Source: an uncultured Chloroflexia bacterium (GTDB taxonomy: Bacteria; Chloroflexota; Limnocylindria; Limnocylindrales; CSP1-4). From it: 64,000 bases of DNA. The stretch is from positions 147,095 to 211,094 of the forward strand of contig CAWBHP010000004.1 of the NCBI GenBank assembly GCA_963788685.1, given 5' to 3'. How positions within the stretch are numbered: the first letter of the stretch is position 1; every line of letters starts with the position of its first letter. The notes beneath the pieces are model-generated. The model had not been told where the DNA came from. It was given only the letters and a program-made list of their open reading frames with translations, and made no database searches. The translations under genes were made by a program, and so were the position numbers. Shown piece by piece: positions 16,336 to 25,640 of this stretch.

Positions 16336-17295
16336 TCAGACGCTGATGACCACCGTGCCCCGGGCGTGGCCCGCTGCGACGTGTTCGATCGCCTGTGGGG
16401 TCTGGGTCAACGGGTACGTCCGGTCGATGACGGGTCGCACCTTCCCCGCTTCGACCAAACCCTTCAGCGCGACCAGGTCGTCGTGGTTCTGGGACTTGAC
16501 CGTCGGGCTCGCTTGCTGGCGCACGAACATCGAGACGAGCATCGTCCGGACCGTGCGGCCCAGCTTGCCGTCGGCGTGGCCGCCGCCGTTCGAGATCAGC
16601 ATCCCGCCCGGGGCCAGCGCCCGCCGGGTGCGGGCCATCGAGTGGTTGCCGACGTTGTCGAGGATCAGGTCGTAGCGCTCGGTGCGCGTCGTGAAGTCGT
16701 CGCGGGTGTAGTCGATGACGTGGTCGGCACCGATCGAGCGGACCATGGCCTGGTTCTTGGTGCTGGACACGCCGGTCACCTCGGCCCCGAACGCCTTGGC
16801 AATCTGCACGGCGAACGTGCCGACGCCGCCGGACGCCCCGTTGATCAGGACCTTCTGCCCCCGCTGGACCTTGCCGTTGTCGCGAAGGAGCTGGAGGGCG
16901 GTCGTCGCCGAGACGCCGACTGAGGCCGCCTCCTCGAACGTCAGGTTGGCCGGCTTCCTGACGAACTGGTCCTCCGAGGCGAATGCGTATTCGGCGAATG
17001 CACCTGCGGCCCAGCCGAAAACCTCGTCGCCGGGCTGGAGCGTCGTAACGTCCTTGCCGATTGCCTCGACCGTCCCCGCGACGTCCGTTCCGGGAACTGG
17101 GTTCTTCGGCTTTCGCAGGCCGGTGGCCAGGCGCATGATGAACGGCGAGCCCGTCATGAGGATCCAGTCGCCGACGTGGATCGACGCGGCATGGACGCGA
17201 ACCAACACCTCGTTGTCGCCGATCTGCGGCTTGTCGATGTCCCGTGCTTCCAGGACTTCGGCAGAGCCATACCTGTCTTGGACGATTGCCTTCAT
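16336..17295 (-). CDS. NAD(P)-dependent MDR (quinone oxidoreductase-like) dehydrogenase
   Basis: MKAIVQDRYGSAEVLEARDIDKP...INGASGGVGTFAVQIAKAFGAEV. Paralogue of the C-terminal part of 14077-15279. ATG 17295 preferred. Confidence 0.85.
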   Translation of the reverse strand: MKAIVQDRYGSAEVLEARDIDKPQIGDNEVLVRVHAASIHVGDWILMTGSPFIMRLATGLRKPKNPVPGTDVAGTVEAIGKDVTTLQPGDEVFGWAAGAFAEYAFASEDQFVRKPANLTFEEAASVGVSATTALQLLRDNGKVQRGQKVLINGASGGVGTFAVQIAKAFGAEVTGVSSTKNQAMVRSIGADHVIDYTRDDFTTRTERYDLILDNVGNHSMARTRRALAPGGMLISNGGGHADGKLGRTVRTMLVSMFVRQQASPTVKSQNHDDLVALKGLVEAGKVRPVIDRTYPLTQTPQAIEHVAAGHARGTVVISV

Positions 17296-17309
17296 GAGTG
17301 GACTCCATT

Positions 17310-17369
17310 CGACTATACGGTGTAAAGTCACAACACCGCGACTGTACGGTGTAAAGTCATCGATGTCAA
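17310..17369 (-). promoter_or_regulatory. promoter TTGACA-N17-TACAGT plus two 21-nt direct repeats (pseudo-palindromic TetR-type operators)
   Basis: Minus-strand TTGACA = 17369-17364. TACAGT = 17346-17341. CGACT(A/G)TACGGTGTAAAGTCA occurs at 17310-17330 and 17339-17359, each containing ACTnTAC-N3-GTAnAGT. Confidence 0.6.
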
Positions 17370-17402
17370 GCCGCGTTCACAAAGGCGAGGCAGAGGTAGA
17401 CC

Positions 17403-18077
17403 ATGAATACCGGCACCACGACGCAATCGAGGCCACGTATCCCGCTGACGCGCGAGCGGGTGCTGCAAACGGCCCTCGAGCTCGCCGACCAGGGCGGGCT
17501 CGAGTCACTCAGCATGCGCAAGCTCGGTCAGGCACTCGGCGTCGAAGCGATGGCGGTGTACTACCACTTCGCGAACAAGGAGCGGGTCCTCGATGGCATC
17601 GTGGATCTCGTCTTCGCCGATATCGAGCTGCCCCAGGCAGGCGCCGAATGGAAGCCGGCCATGCGCCAGCGGGCGATCTCGGTCCGGGATGCCCTGTTGC
17701 GGCACCGCTGGGCGATCGGGCTCATGGAGTCGCGGACCAACCCGGGCCCGGCGAACCTTCGCCACCACGACGCCGTGATCGGGTGCCTTCGGGCGGCCGG
17801 CTTCGACATGGCGGCGACCGCGACCGCCTACTCGCTCCTGGACAGTTACATCTATGGATTCGCGTTGACGAAGATGAATCTGCCGTTCGAAGACACGAGC
17901 GACATCGTCGAGCTGTCGGAGACCATGCTCGCGCCATTCGCGCCCGGTGAGTACCAGAACCTGGCCGACTTCATCACCGAGCACGCGATGCAGCCGGGCT
18001 ACGACTACGCGGACGAGTTCGAGTACGGCCTCGATGTGATCCTGGACGGCCTCGAACGGTCGCGGAATACGGTCTAG
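17403..18077 (+). CDS. TetR family transcriptional regulator
   Basis: 224 aa. LTRERVLQTALELADQGGLESLSMRKLGQALGVEAMAVYYHFANKE. Divergent from the MDR gene. Confidence 0.9.
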   Translation: MNTGTTTQSRPRIPLTRERVLQTALELADQGGLESLSMRKLGQALGVEAMAVYYHFANKERVLDGIVDLVFADIELPQAGAEWKPAMRQRAISVRDALLRHRWAIGLMESRTNPGPANLRHHDAVIGCLRAAGFDMAATATAYSLLDSYIYGFALTKMNLPFEDTSDIVELSETMLAPFAPGEYQNLADFITEHAMQPGYDYADEFEYGLDVILDGLERSRNTV

Positions 18078-18133
18078 TTGAGGCTCAACCCGGCGGCGGC
18101 CAGCCGCCACCGCCGATTAGTGTCACGGGCACG

Positions 18134-19678
18134 ATGAGCGGCATGGATCCACGCATCGATGCGCATCACCACTTCCTGGACCCGGCGCGGGCCACCTATC
18201 CGTGGCTTGCCGCCGAAGCGATGGCTCCTATCCGAAGGTCGTTTGGTCCGGATGATCTGGTGCCGGAGCTCGCGGCTCAGGGCATCTCCGGGACCGTACT
18301 GGTCCAGACGCTCTCGAGTCTCGACGAGACTCGCGGATTCCTGGGACTCGCGACACGGTTGGACTTCATCTGGGGCGTTGTGGGATGGGTCGACCTTACC
18401 TCGCCCGCGGCTGGCGACGATCTCGATGCTCTGATCGACCGTCCGGGCGGCGACCGCCTCGTCGGCGTGCGGCATCACGTCATGTACGAGAGCGATCCCG
18501 ACTGGTTGCGCCGGGCGGACGTTCAACGCGGGCTCACGGCCGTCGAGGCTCGCGGGTTGACGTTCGACCTCCTTGTGTGCGCGCGCGAGCTACCAGCGGC
18601 GGTGGACGCTATCGCGGCCCTGCCGAACCTCCAGTTCGTCCTCGATCACATTGCCAAGCCGCGTATCGCCGATGGACAGGATGTCGCGTGGCAGACGCAG
18701 ATGCCCGCGCTGGCCGCGCTCCCGAACGTCGCCGTGAAGCTCTCCGGCCTGGTCACGGAGGCGGACTGGGCGTCGTGGACGCCGGCCGACCTGCGACCGT
18801 TCGTCCGGTCAGCCTGGGAATGGTTCGGCGTCGAGCGGCTCATGTTCGGCTCCGATTGGCCGGTTTGCCTGCTCGCAGCAACCTATGCCGGCGTGGTCGA
18901 TGGCCTCGAGGAGGCCCTCGGAGAACTGTCCGACGACGACCGAGGTCGAGTCTTCGGCTTGAACGCCGAGCGCGTTTACGGTCTCCAGCGGCGGCCCGCC
19001 TCCGCCCAGGTCCGAAACGCATCCGTCACGGGCTTCAGATCCCTCGACGCGCCGACGACGAACTCCAGGTGGGAGGATTCACCCGACATGGCCTTCGATC
19101 TGTATGTCTGGCAATCGCCCCGCGACCTCGACGACGAGGGGGCCGCCGCGCTGCTCGAGAGCTGGCAGGAGGCGGGCGGCGATCCCGGCGCGAGCCCATT
19201 TGAGCCGAGCACCGATGTCGGCTGGTTCTACCGGGAACTCTTGAAGGATGTGCCAGGTGTCGTGGCGAAGTCGGACGCCGTGGGGAACCCGAGCTCGGCG
19301 CCGATCTGGCTGGCGGCGACGGACGAGCCGCCCGCGCGGGTCGTCGGGATAAGCCTCGCGCCGAACGCGCCGCGCGAGACACTCGAAACGATCTTGAGCC
19401 TCGCCGCGAAATACGACCTCGTCGTGTTCGATGCGCGGAACCGGCGCGTCCACCTCCCGCTCGAGGAGATGGCGGCCCACGCCAGCGCGACGTTCTGGCC
19501 CGGCGGCGCGATTCAGGCCGCAGTCGCGGGCGGAATCGGTGCCGCAATAGCCGTTGCCGCGTGGTTTCTCGGGATCCCGGTCCTCAGCGGCGTCCTCATC
19601 GTCGTTGGTGGGTTCATGGTCGTGATGGCCGTGTTCACGTTCATCCACGAGGGTCGGAAAGCCGCGAAGGACCGCTAA
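18134..19678 (+). CDS. single 514-aa ORF: amidohydrolase_2 (fuconolactonase-like) domain joined in frame to a membrane-anchored domain of unknown function
   Basis: N-terminal IDAHHHF...VLDHIAKP...MFGSDWPVC...NAERVYGL (about 285 aa). An internal ATG at 19088, after GGGAGGA, starts MAFDLYVWQSPRDLDDEG... and that part ends in two TM helices. No stop separates the parts. Confidence 0.7.
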   Translation: MSGMDPRIDAHHHFLDPARATYPWLAAEAMAPIRRSFGPDDLVPELAAQGISGTVLVQTLSSLDETRGFLGLATRLDFIWGVVGWVDLTSPAAGDDLDALIDRPGGDRLVGVRHHVMYESDPDWLRRADVQRGLTAVEARGLTFDLLVCARELPAAVDAIAALPNLQFVLDHIAKPRIADGQDVAWQTQMPALAALPNVAVKLSGLVTEADWASWTPADLRPFVRSAWEWFGVERLMFGSDWPVCLLAATYAGVVDGLEEALGELSDDDRGRVFGLNAERVYGLQRRPASAQVRNASVTGFRSLDAPTTNSRWEDSPDMAFDLYVWQSPRDLDDEGAAALLESWQEAGGDPGASPFEPSTDVGWFYRELLKDVPGVVAKSDAVGNPSSAPIWLAATDEPPARVVGISLAPNAPRETLETILSLAAKYDLVVFDARNRRVHLPLEEMAAHASATFWPGGAIQAAVAGGIGAAIAVAAWFLGIPVLSGVLIVVGGFMVVMAVFTFIHEGRKAAKDR

Positions 19679-19720
19679 CTTCGAGCAACTGGAGCGCGTG
19701 CTCGGGCGTCACAGTCCCCG

Positions 19721-20929
19721 ATGACCCCTCCGCAACGTCGTATTGCGATCCTCTGCGCGGTCGTTGCGTGGTCGGTCACGGGCTGTGGCCAGAGCATCCC
19801 GTCAGAAGCAGCCTCGCCAGTACCGGTTGAACAGCAGGTTCGGGGTTGGGCGGCGCTCCCGGCGTCCCCGCTTAGCCCGCGCACCGAGGCGCACGCCTTC
19901 TGGACGGGCGATCGCGTGCTCGTAATCGGCGGGAATGAAGGCCAACCGTGCCCGCCGAACGCGGATTGCGTGATGCCGGCCGGGCCCCCGCTGAGCGATG
20001 GTGCGGCGTTCGACCCGTCGTCGGGCGAATGGGCCGAGATCGCCCAGGCGCCGCTGCCGCTCGGGCACCTCAGCGGGGCGGTCCTGTCGGACGTGCTGTA
20101 CGTCTTCGTCCCCGGGCTCGAGCCCGCGCCGGGTCGCAGCGGGTTTCTCGCGTATCACATCGACCGGGGTGAGCTCCTTACTGTCCTGGACAACCGGTGG
20201 GAGGAGCTCGAAGCGCCACCTGTCCCCGGCGGCACCACGCTCGAGCTCGTGGCAGCAGGGGATCTGCTGGTCGCCTATCACCACAGCCAGGAGCTAGGAG
20301 TCCGTCCCGATCTGCTCTACGACCCGGCGACCGGCAAATGGACCGACCTCCCGGTGGACCCGCTGGCACCGTCATTCGACCGCTCCGCGGTCTGGACTGG
20401 TCGGGAGCTCCTACTGCTCGGGGTCGAGGTCGTTCCCAATCCCAATTCGGCGCGTCCGTCCTTGTATCGGGCGGCGGGCCTCGATCTCGCCAGCGGCTCG
20501 TGGCGGCGATTGCCGGACTCCGAGGTCCTCGGCTCGAACCCGACCTGGTTCTGGGCCGGGGACCGGCTGATCAACCCGTCGATCGGGAGCGCGGACGGTG
20601 GCCAGGTCAACAATTGGGGCCGCGCCTTTCCCTTTGGCGGGATCCTGGATCCAGTGAGCGGCGCGTGGTCGCCCCTGCCGGACCCGCCGGCGGCCGCGAA
20701 CGTCTACCAGGGCCTGTCAGTCGGTGGACCCGAATTCCTTGTGTCATCCGACGGTCTCGTGCTGCACGTCCCGACCCTGACCTGGGCGCCCCTCACGAAG
20801 CCGCGGGTCGGTGAGGAGGCAGGTGCGGCTTCCGTCTGGGCCGGCGACAGGCTCTTTCTGTGGGGCGGCGTTCGTTCGAACGGCGCGGCCGCCGTACTTG
20901 TCGGCGACGGCTGGACGTGGCTGCCGTAG
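19721..20929 (+). CDS. Kelch-like beta-propeller lipoprotein
   Basis: Lipobox AWSVTGC. Six W-x-x-L/I-P blades (WAEIAQAPLP, WEELEAPPVP, WTDLPVDPL, WRRLPDS, WSPLPDPP, WAPLTKP). Confidence 0.75.
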   Translation: MTPPQRRIAILCAVVAWSVTGCGQSIPSEAASPVPVEQQVRGWAALPASPLSPRTEAHAFWTGDRVLVIGGNEGQPCPPNADCVMPAGPPLSDGAAFDPSSGEWAEIAQAPLPLGHLSGAVLSDVLYVFVPGLEPAPGRSGFLAYHIDRGELLTVLDNRWEELEAPPVPGGTTLELVAAGDLLVAYHHSQELGVRPDLLYDPATGKWTDLPVDPLAPSFDRSAVWTGRELLLLGVEVVPNPNSARPSLYRAAGLDLASGSWRRLPDSEVLGSNPTWFWAGDRLINPSIGSADGGQVNNWGRAFPFGGILDPVSGAWSPLPDPPAAANVYQGLSVGGPEFLVSSDGLVLHVPTLTWAPLTKPRVGEEAGAASVWAGDRLFLWGGVRSNGAAAVLVGDGWTWLP

Positions 20930-20947
20930 GGTGACGGCCCGTAGGCG

Positions 20948-21946
20948 TCAACCGGCCGCGTGCCGACGACGTTCGGCTCGCTCGGAGCGTTGGGCCAGCC
21001 ATCGCGGCTGAGCGCAGACGTGACCGAGGAACTCGATCATCGTGTGCGCCGCCAGATATGACGTGACACCCGTGCCAACGTCGAGGAGGGGATTGACCTC
21101 GACGAGATCGAAGCCGACCACGCGCGTGTGCTCCGCGAGCGCAACGAGCGAGTCCCGCAGCTCGGCATGGAGGAAGCCGTCGGGTTCGGCGGAGACGCAT
21201 CCCGGGACCAGCGACAGGTCGAGGACGTCGATGTCGATGCTCACGTAGACGGCGGCATCCTTTGGCAGGGACTCGGCGATGCCGCGGGGGCCCGTATCGC
21301 GGAACTCCTCCATGCCGAGAACCCGGTTGCCGTCGCCGATCGAGTCGTCGACGGCGACCTTCGAATTACGAAGGCTCCGAATGCCGACCTGGGTCAGGCT
21401 CTGCACGTGGTCGAGCTTGCGGATATGCCGGAAGGCGTGTGTGTTTGTGTACGTGAATCCGTGCTGGAACGGCGAATAGTCGATATGGGCGTCGAAGTGC
21501 ACGACGTGGAGAGGCTCGCTGAAGGCTCGCACGACCGGATAGCTGATCGAGTGATCGCCACCGATGACGACGGGCATCGCTCCGGCATCGAGGATGCCGC
21601 CGAGTCGCGCCGTGATGTTGTCGAACGTGAGCTCGACGGCCGTCGTCAACACGTCGACATCCCCCGTGTCGGCGATCAACCCGGACGCGAGCTCCTCGAC
21701 GAGGTATTCGCGACCGTCGCGCTGGTCATAGAAGCCGTCAGGACCGAATTGCAGCGAATGTTCGCGGATCCCGCGCGGCCCCAGGCGGGAGCCCGGCAGA
21801 AATGGCGATCCCTCATCGGTCGGAATGCCGACGATTGCGATATCCGCGTCGAGGCGGGCAAGGTCGGTCCGGATCGGCGCCCGAAGGAAGCTCGGGATCC
21901 CGACGAACGGGTATGCCGGTAGCGGTCGCTTCTCGGTGTCCACCAA
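20948..21946 (-). CDS. agmatinase/guanidino-acid hydrolase (ureohydrolase family)
   Basis: 332 aa. GGDHSISYP, HFDAHIDY and SIDIDVLD are the arginase-family Mn-binding motifs. Confidence 0.9.
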   Translation of the reverse strand: MVDTEKRPLPAYPFVGIPSFLRAPIRTDLARLDADIAIVGIPTDEGSPFLPGSRLGPRGIREHSLQFGPDGFYDQRDGREYLVEELASGLIADTGDVDVLTTAVELTFDNITARLGGILDAGAMPVVIGGDHSISYPVVRAFSEPLHVVHFDAHIDYSPFQHGFTYTNTHAFRHIRKLDHVQSLTQVGIRSLRNSKVAVDDSIGDGNRVLGMEEFRDTGPRGIAESLPKDAAVYVSIDIDVLDLSLVPGCVSAEPDGFLHAELRDSLVALAEHTRVVGFDLVEVNPLLDVGTGVTSYLAAHTMIEFLGHVCAQPRWLAQRSERAERRRHAAG

Positions 21947-21955
21947 TCGGTCCTC

Positions 21956-22945
21956 CTAGTGCGAAGGCAACGGAGCGTCGGTTACCCGCAGACCCAGGAT
22001 CGTATGGATCGTGAGCGTGAGCAGGATGACAATTCCGCTGGCAATGACCGCGATCGTCGGCACCTCGCCGATGATCGCCCAGACCCATATCGGCCCGAGC
22101 ACCATCTCCAGGCGGTTGATGAGGCTGACCTCGGGCGCCGGAATGAACCGGGGCGCGGTGCTGATGAGCGCGATCGCCGCGGGGAGCAGGATGGACCCCG
22201 TGAGAACGAACAGCCCAAATTGACTCCGGTCAGGAACCTGGACACCGAATCCGAGTGCCACCACGGCGCAGAAGACCGCCGCAAGGGCCATTGCCGGGAT
22301 CATGCTCACGCCGCGAGCCCCGCGGATCGCGGTGATCGTGGCTGCTGAGGCGACGGAGCCGGCGAGGGCGATGACCTCACCAAGCGACCCGCCGCCCTGG
22401 AGGCTCCCGTAGAAGACCACGACGACCGCGCCGATTACCACACCGATCGCGACCCACGTTCGACGCAGGATTGGCTCGCCGAGGAAGATCCGGCTCAGGA
22501 GCGCCGCGAAGAACGGCGCCGTCGCGATGATCACGAGCGTGCTGGCGACGCTCGTCAGGCTCAACGCCGCGACGAATCCGATGGTCGCGCATGCGTGGAA
22601 CACGGCCACGAGCAGCCCGAGCCGGCCGATTGCCCGGAACCCGGCACCCACGTTTCCTCGGTTCATGATCGCCACCAGGACGGTCAGCGAGAGCGCCGTC
22701 AGCAACGCCCTCCAGAACAGGATCGTCGGCGTGGACTCCTGGATCGATTGGATGACCATGGCGTCGGGGCTGAGGACGAGCACGCCAAGGAAGGCGAGGA
22801 CGAGGCCGGTCGCGCGGGTGGACGGCCCTTCGGGCGGATCCGGACGGGCTCCATCGATCGCCACACCGGCGACGGGAACACCGTGCTCTCCCGGCCCGAC
22901 GGTCACCGGCCGGTGGCCGATCTTGCCCAGCCCGACGTGACGCAA
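21956..22945 (-). CDS. DMT/EamA family transporter
   Basis: About 10 TM segments in two EamA-like halves. The true start may be internal. Confidence 0.8.
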   Translation of the reverse strand: MRHVGLGKIGHRPVTVGPGEHGVPVAGVAIDGARPDPPEGPSTRATGLVLAFLGVLVLSPDAMVIQSIQESTPTILFWRALLTALSLTVLVAIMNRGNVGAGFRAIGRLGLLVAVFHACATIGFVAALSLTSVASTLVIIATAPFFAALLSRIFLGEPILRRTWVAIGVVIGAVVVVFYGSLQGGGSLGEVIALAGSVASAATITAIRGARGVSMIPAMALAAVFCAVVALGFGVQVPDRSQFGLFVLTGSILLPAAIALISTAPRFIPAPEVSLINRLEMVLGPIWVWAIIGEVPTIAVIASGIVILLTLTIHTILGLRVTDAPLPSH

Positions 22946-23055
22946 GCCCGATACGCCACGCTGGCCTCCATCCCCGTTGCGAGAATTGACAATCGATCGG
23001 TAATACTATCCGATGGACACACCCGTATCCTTCGAGAATCTCGAGGAAGGGGCCG

Positions 23056-24072
23056 ATGAATCCGCGAATTCTGGTGCCGCAGGCGATCCACGAGGATGGC
23101 CTGCGCTTGCTTCGCGAGGTGGGTGAAGTCGAGCTCGTGGAGTTGGACCGGATGATGAGCCGCGACGAGCTCAAGTCGGCCCTCCGCCGGAACGACTACT
23201 TTTTGTCGATCGGGGATCTCCCACTCGATGCCGACATTCTCGATGCGAATCCAGACCTGATGGGTATCTCCGCCGTGGCCGGCCATCCCGAGGAGTGGAT
23301 GGACGTCGACGCCGCCACGGCCCGCGGCATTCCGGTCACTGGGCTGACGCGAGGGCCAGTTCTGAAGACGACGGCGGACCTGACGATCGCCCTGTTGCTT
23401 GGCCTTGCCTGGCGGATGATCGAGGCCGACCGATTTACCCGCAGCGGGCGATTCCGTCAGGAACAGTCGATGCTGTTCATGGGCCACTCGTTGGAGGGCA
23501 AGACGCTCGGCCTGGTTGGTCTCGGCGGGGTGGGTCGGGCAGTCGCCCTGCGGGCGCGGGCCTTCGATCTGAATCTCATCTACACAAAGCGGACGCGCCT
23601 CGATCCGGCCACCGAGTCGGAGCTCGCGGTGACCTGGGTCCCGACACTCGACGACCTCCTCCGCGATAGCGATTTCGTCAGCCTCCATGCCGAGTACGGC
23701 GAATCGACTCACGCGCTCCTCGGCCGGCGGGAATTCGAACTGATGAGGCGAACGGCATTCCTCATCAACACGGCACGCGGCCGGATCGTCGATGAGGAGG
23801 CGCTCGTCGAGGCGTTGCGCGACGGGACGATCGCCGGTGCCGGCCTGGACGTCTACTGGAACGAACCACCGGTCACCTATTCGCCGGACCCAAATCCTGC
23901 CCTGTTCAAGCTCGACAACGTCATCCTGATGCCCCACCTGGGGGGCCAGACCGAGGAAACGATCGCCGTGCTCGCCCGCCTGGGAGCCGAGAACCTCGTC
24001 GCGCTCATCCGCGGCGAGCGCCCGGCCTCGGTCGTCAACCCGCAGGCATTCGAGGTGCGGAGCAAGCGGTAA
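23056..24072 (+). CDS. D-isomer-specific 2-hydroxyacid dehydrogenase (paralogue 1)
   Basis: 338 aa. GKTLGLVGLGGVGRAVA, INTARG and TPHLGG motifs. Confidence 0.9.
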   Translation: MNPRILVPQAIHEDGLRLLREVGEVELVELDRMMSRDELKSALRRNDYFLSIGDLPLDADILDANPDLMGISAVAGHPEEWMDVDAATARGIPVTGLTRGPVLKTTADLTIALLLGLAWRMIEADRFTRSGRFRQEQSMLFMGHSLEGKTLGLVGLGGVGRAVALRARAFDLNLIYTKRTRLDPATESELAVTWVPTLDDLLRDSDFVSLHAEYGESTHALLGRREFELMRRTAFLINTARGRIVDEEALVEALRDGTIAGAGLDVYWNEPPVTYSPDPNPALFKLDNVILMPHLGGQTEETIAVLARLGAENLVALIRGERPASVVNPQAFEVRSKR

Positions 24073-24105
24073 TGAGGCAGCACCTGCGGAGCCATTCGAC
24101 CTTCT

Positions 24106-24810
24106 TCAGGTCGCCATCGTCGTTCCGCCATTTGGCTGGAGAACCTGGCCAGTGAAGTGGGAGGCGACGGGCGAGGCGAGGAAGACGGCGACCGCCGCCA
24201 CCTCTTCCGGGCTGGCGATTTGTCCCTGCGGTGCCGCGCTCGCGTAGCGGCCCTTCATCTCGGCGAGGGTCAGGCCGGCCTCCTCCGCGTCGACCGCGAG
24301 CTGGGGCGTGTCGATGACGCCTGGGGCGAGGGCGTTCACTCTGACGGTGGGCGCAAGCTCGCGAGCCAGCGCCTTGGTCAGTCCGATAAGCCCAGCCTTG
24401 CTTGCGGCATACGCGGAGGCGCGCGGCCAGCCCGTGATGCCCCACTCGCTCGCGACGAACAGGATCGCCCCGCTTACCTGGCGGAGATGTGGAGCGGCCG
24501 CCCGGGCCAGGTGGAACGAGCCGCCGAGGTTTGTGTCGACGACTCGCCACCAATCTCTTGAGTAGGACGCTCTCGACCGGCGCCCATGGTCGATATCGCC
24601 GCGCGGTTCGAACGAGAAGGGTCGAGCCGGCCCAGGTCGTCAACAACGCGGGCCACGAGTCGGCGGGCCTCTGCGGGCCGCTCCAGGTCCGCCGCGTACG
24701 GACCATCCCGGTGGGTCGCGCCGGCGACGACCCAGCCGGCGTCGGAAAGGCCCGCAACGAGGGCGCGCCCTAGTCCACCTGCTGCGCCGGTGACCAGAGC
24801 GACGCGGCAT
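24106..24810 (-). pseudogene. SDR family oxidoreductase with several frameshifts (~24800, ~24560-24625)
   Basis: RVALVTGAAGGLGRALV...VVDDLGRLD lies in one frame. WWRVVDTNLGGSFHL...SAYAASKAGLIGLTKALARE...VNALAPGVIDTP...GQVLQPNGG lies in another. The ATG at 24810 is out of frame by one base. Confidence 0.6.
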
Positions 24811-25548
24811 CGCTGCTCGATTGGATGACCACCCCGCCGTTCGGCGAGTAGACAGCGCCCGTGGTGAAGGGCGCCTCGGCGACATGCAGGATCGCGTCGG
24901 CGATCTCCCGGGACGTCCGATCCGGCCCAGCGGAACGGTCGCCGTATACGTCGGTCCGCGATCCCGATCAGGGAGCAGGGGGGTGTCGACCGCTCCGGGA
25001 GCGACGATGTTGACCCGGATGTCGGGTGCCAGTTCGCGAGCCAGGGTTCGTCCGAATCCGATGAGGGCACCCTTCGCCGCGACGTAATGACTCACGTCGC
25101 GATTGCCGATGAGCGCAAGCTCGGAGGCAACGATGACGATCCAGCCCGCCCGTGCGGCCCGCATCGACGGGACGACCGCTCGAACGAGATGAAACGCGCC
25201 GCCGAGATGGACTCGGAGCATCCGCGTCCATTGTTCGTCGGAGATGTCGTCGATGGGGACCTCCTCGTAGAACCCGGCGTTCGATACGAGGAGGCAGATC
25301 GGGCCGAGGTCGCGCTCGACCTGGGCGACCATGGTGGCGACGGCAGTCGCGTCCGCGACATCGGCCTGATAGGCCCGGCCACCGATGGCCGACGCGATCG
25401 CTTCAGCGGACCCATCGTTCGTCGCGTAGTTGACCGCGACCCGGTAGCCCGCCTCGGCCAGGCGCTCCGCGGTGGCGCGCCCGATCCCGCTGCTGGCGCC
25501 CGTGACGAGCGCGGCTCCCTTCGTGCCCGTCGGCTCGCTGGGCAACAT
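24771..25548 (-). pseudogene. SDR family oxidoreductase, apparent 1-nt deletion in a G run (~24907-24912)
   Basis: MLPSEPTGTKGAALVTGASSGIGRATA...LVSNAG...YVAAKGALIGFGRTLARE...VPLGRIGRP, then after the shift EIADAILHVAEAPFTTGAVYSPNGGVVIQ. Confidence 0.7.
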
Positions 25549-25554
25549 GTGCAC

Positions 25555-25560
25555 AATGTA
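25555..25560 (-). promoter_or_regulatory. -10-like TACATT, 6 nt before ATG 25548 (leaderless candidate)
   Basis: The minus strand reads TACATT-GTGCAC-ATG. No SD is possible. Confidence 0.4.
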
Positions 25561-25640
25561 CTCTCGGTGTCGGGGGCCGATTCGGTGCGGCCGTAAGCGC
25601 ATCGGCGGCTCCATGGTTCCGGGTTTCCAGAAGGGGTCGA

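Noticed and set aside
15872-17308. 478-aa minus-strand ORF, and similar long ORFs 25092-26702(-), 36241-38022(+), 56447-57670(-), 53847-55289(-) and 32831-34498(+)
   Set aside because: They are out of frame or antisense to clear genes and have Arg/Pro/Gly-rich low-complexity translations. Only the last 135 codons of 15872-17308 (a membrane protein) look real.
24489-24773. A plus-strand ORF containing VVNNAG, resembling the SDR LVNNAG motif
   Set aside because: It is antisense to the real (frameshifted) SDR gene, and the rest of the ORF has no Rossmann features. The resemblance is coincidental.
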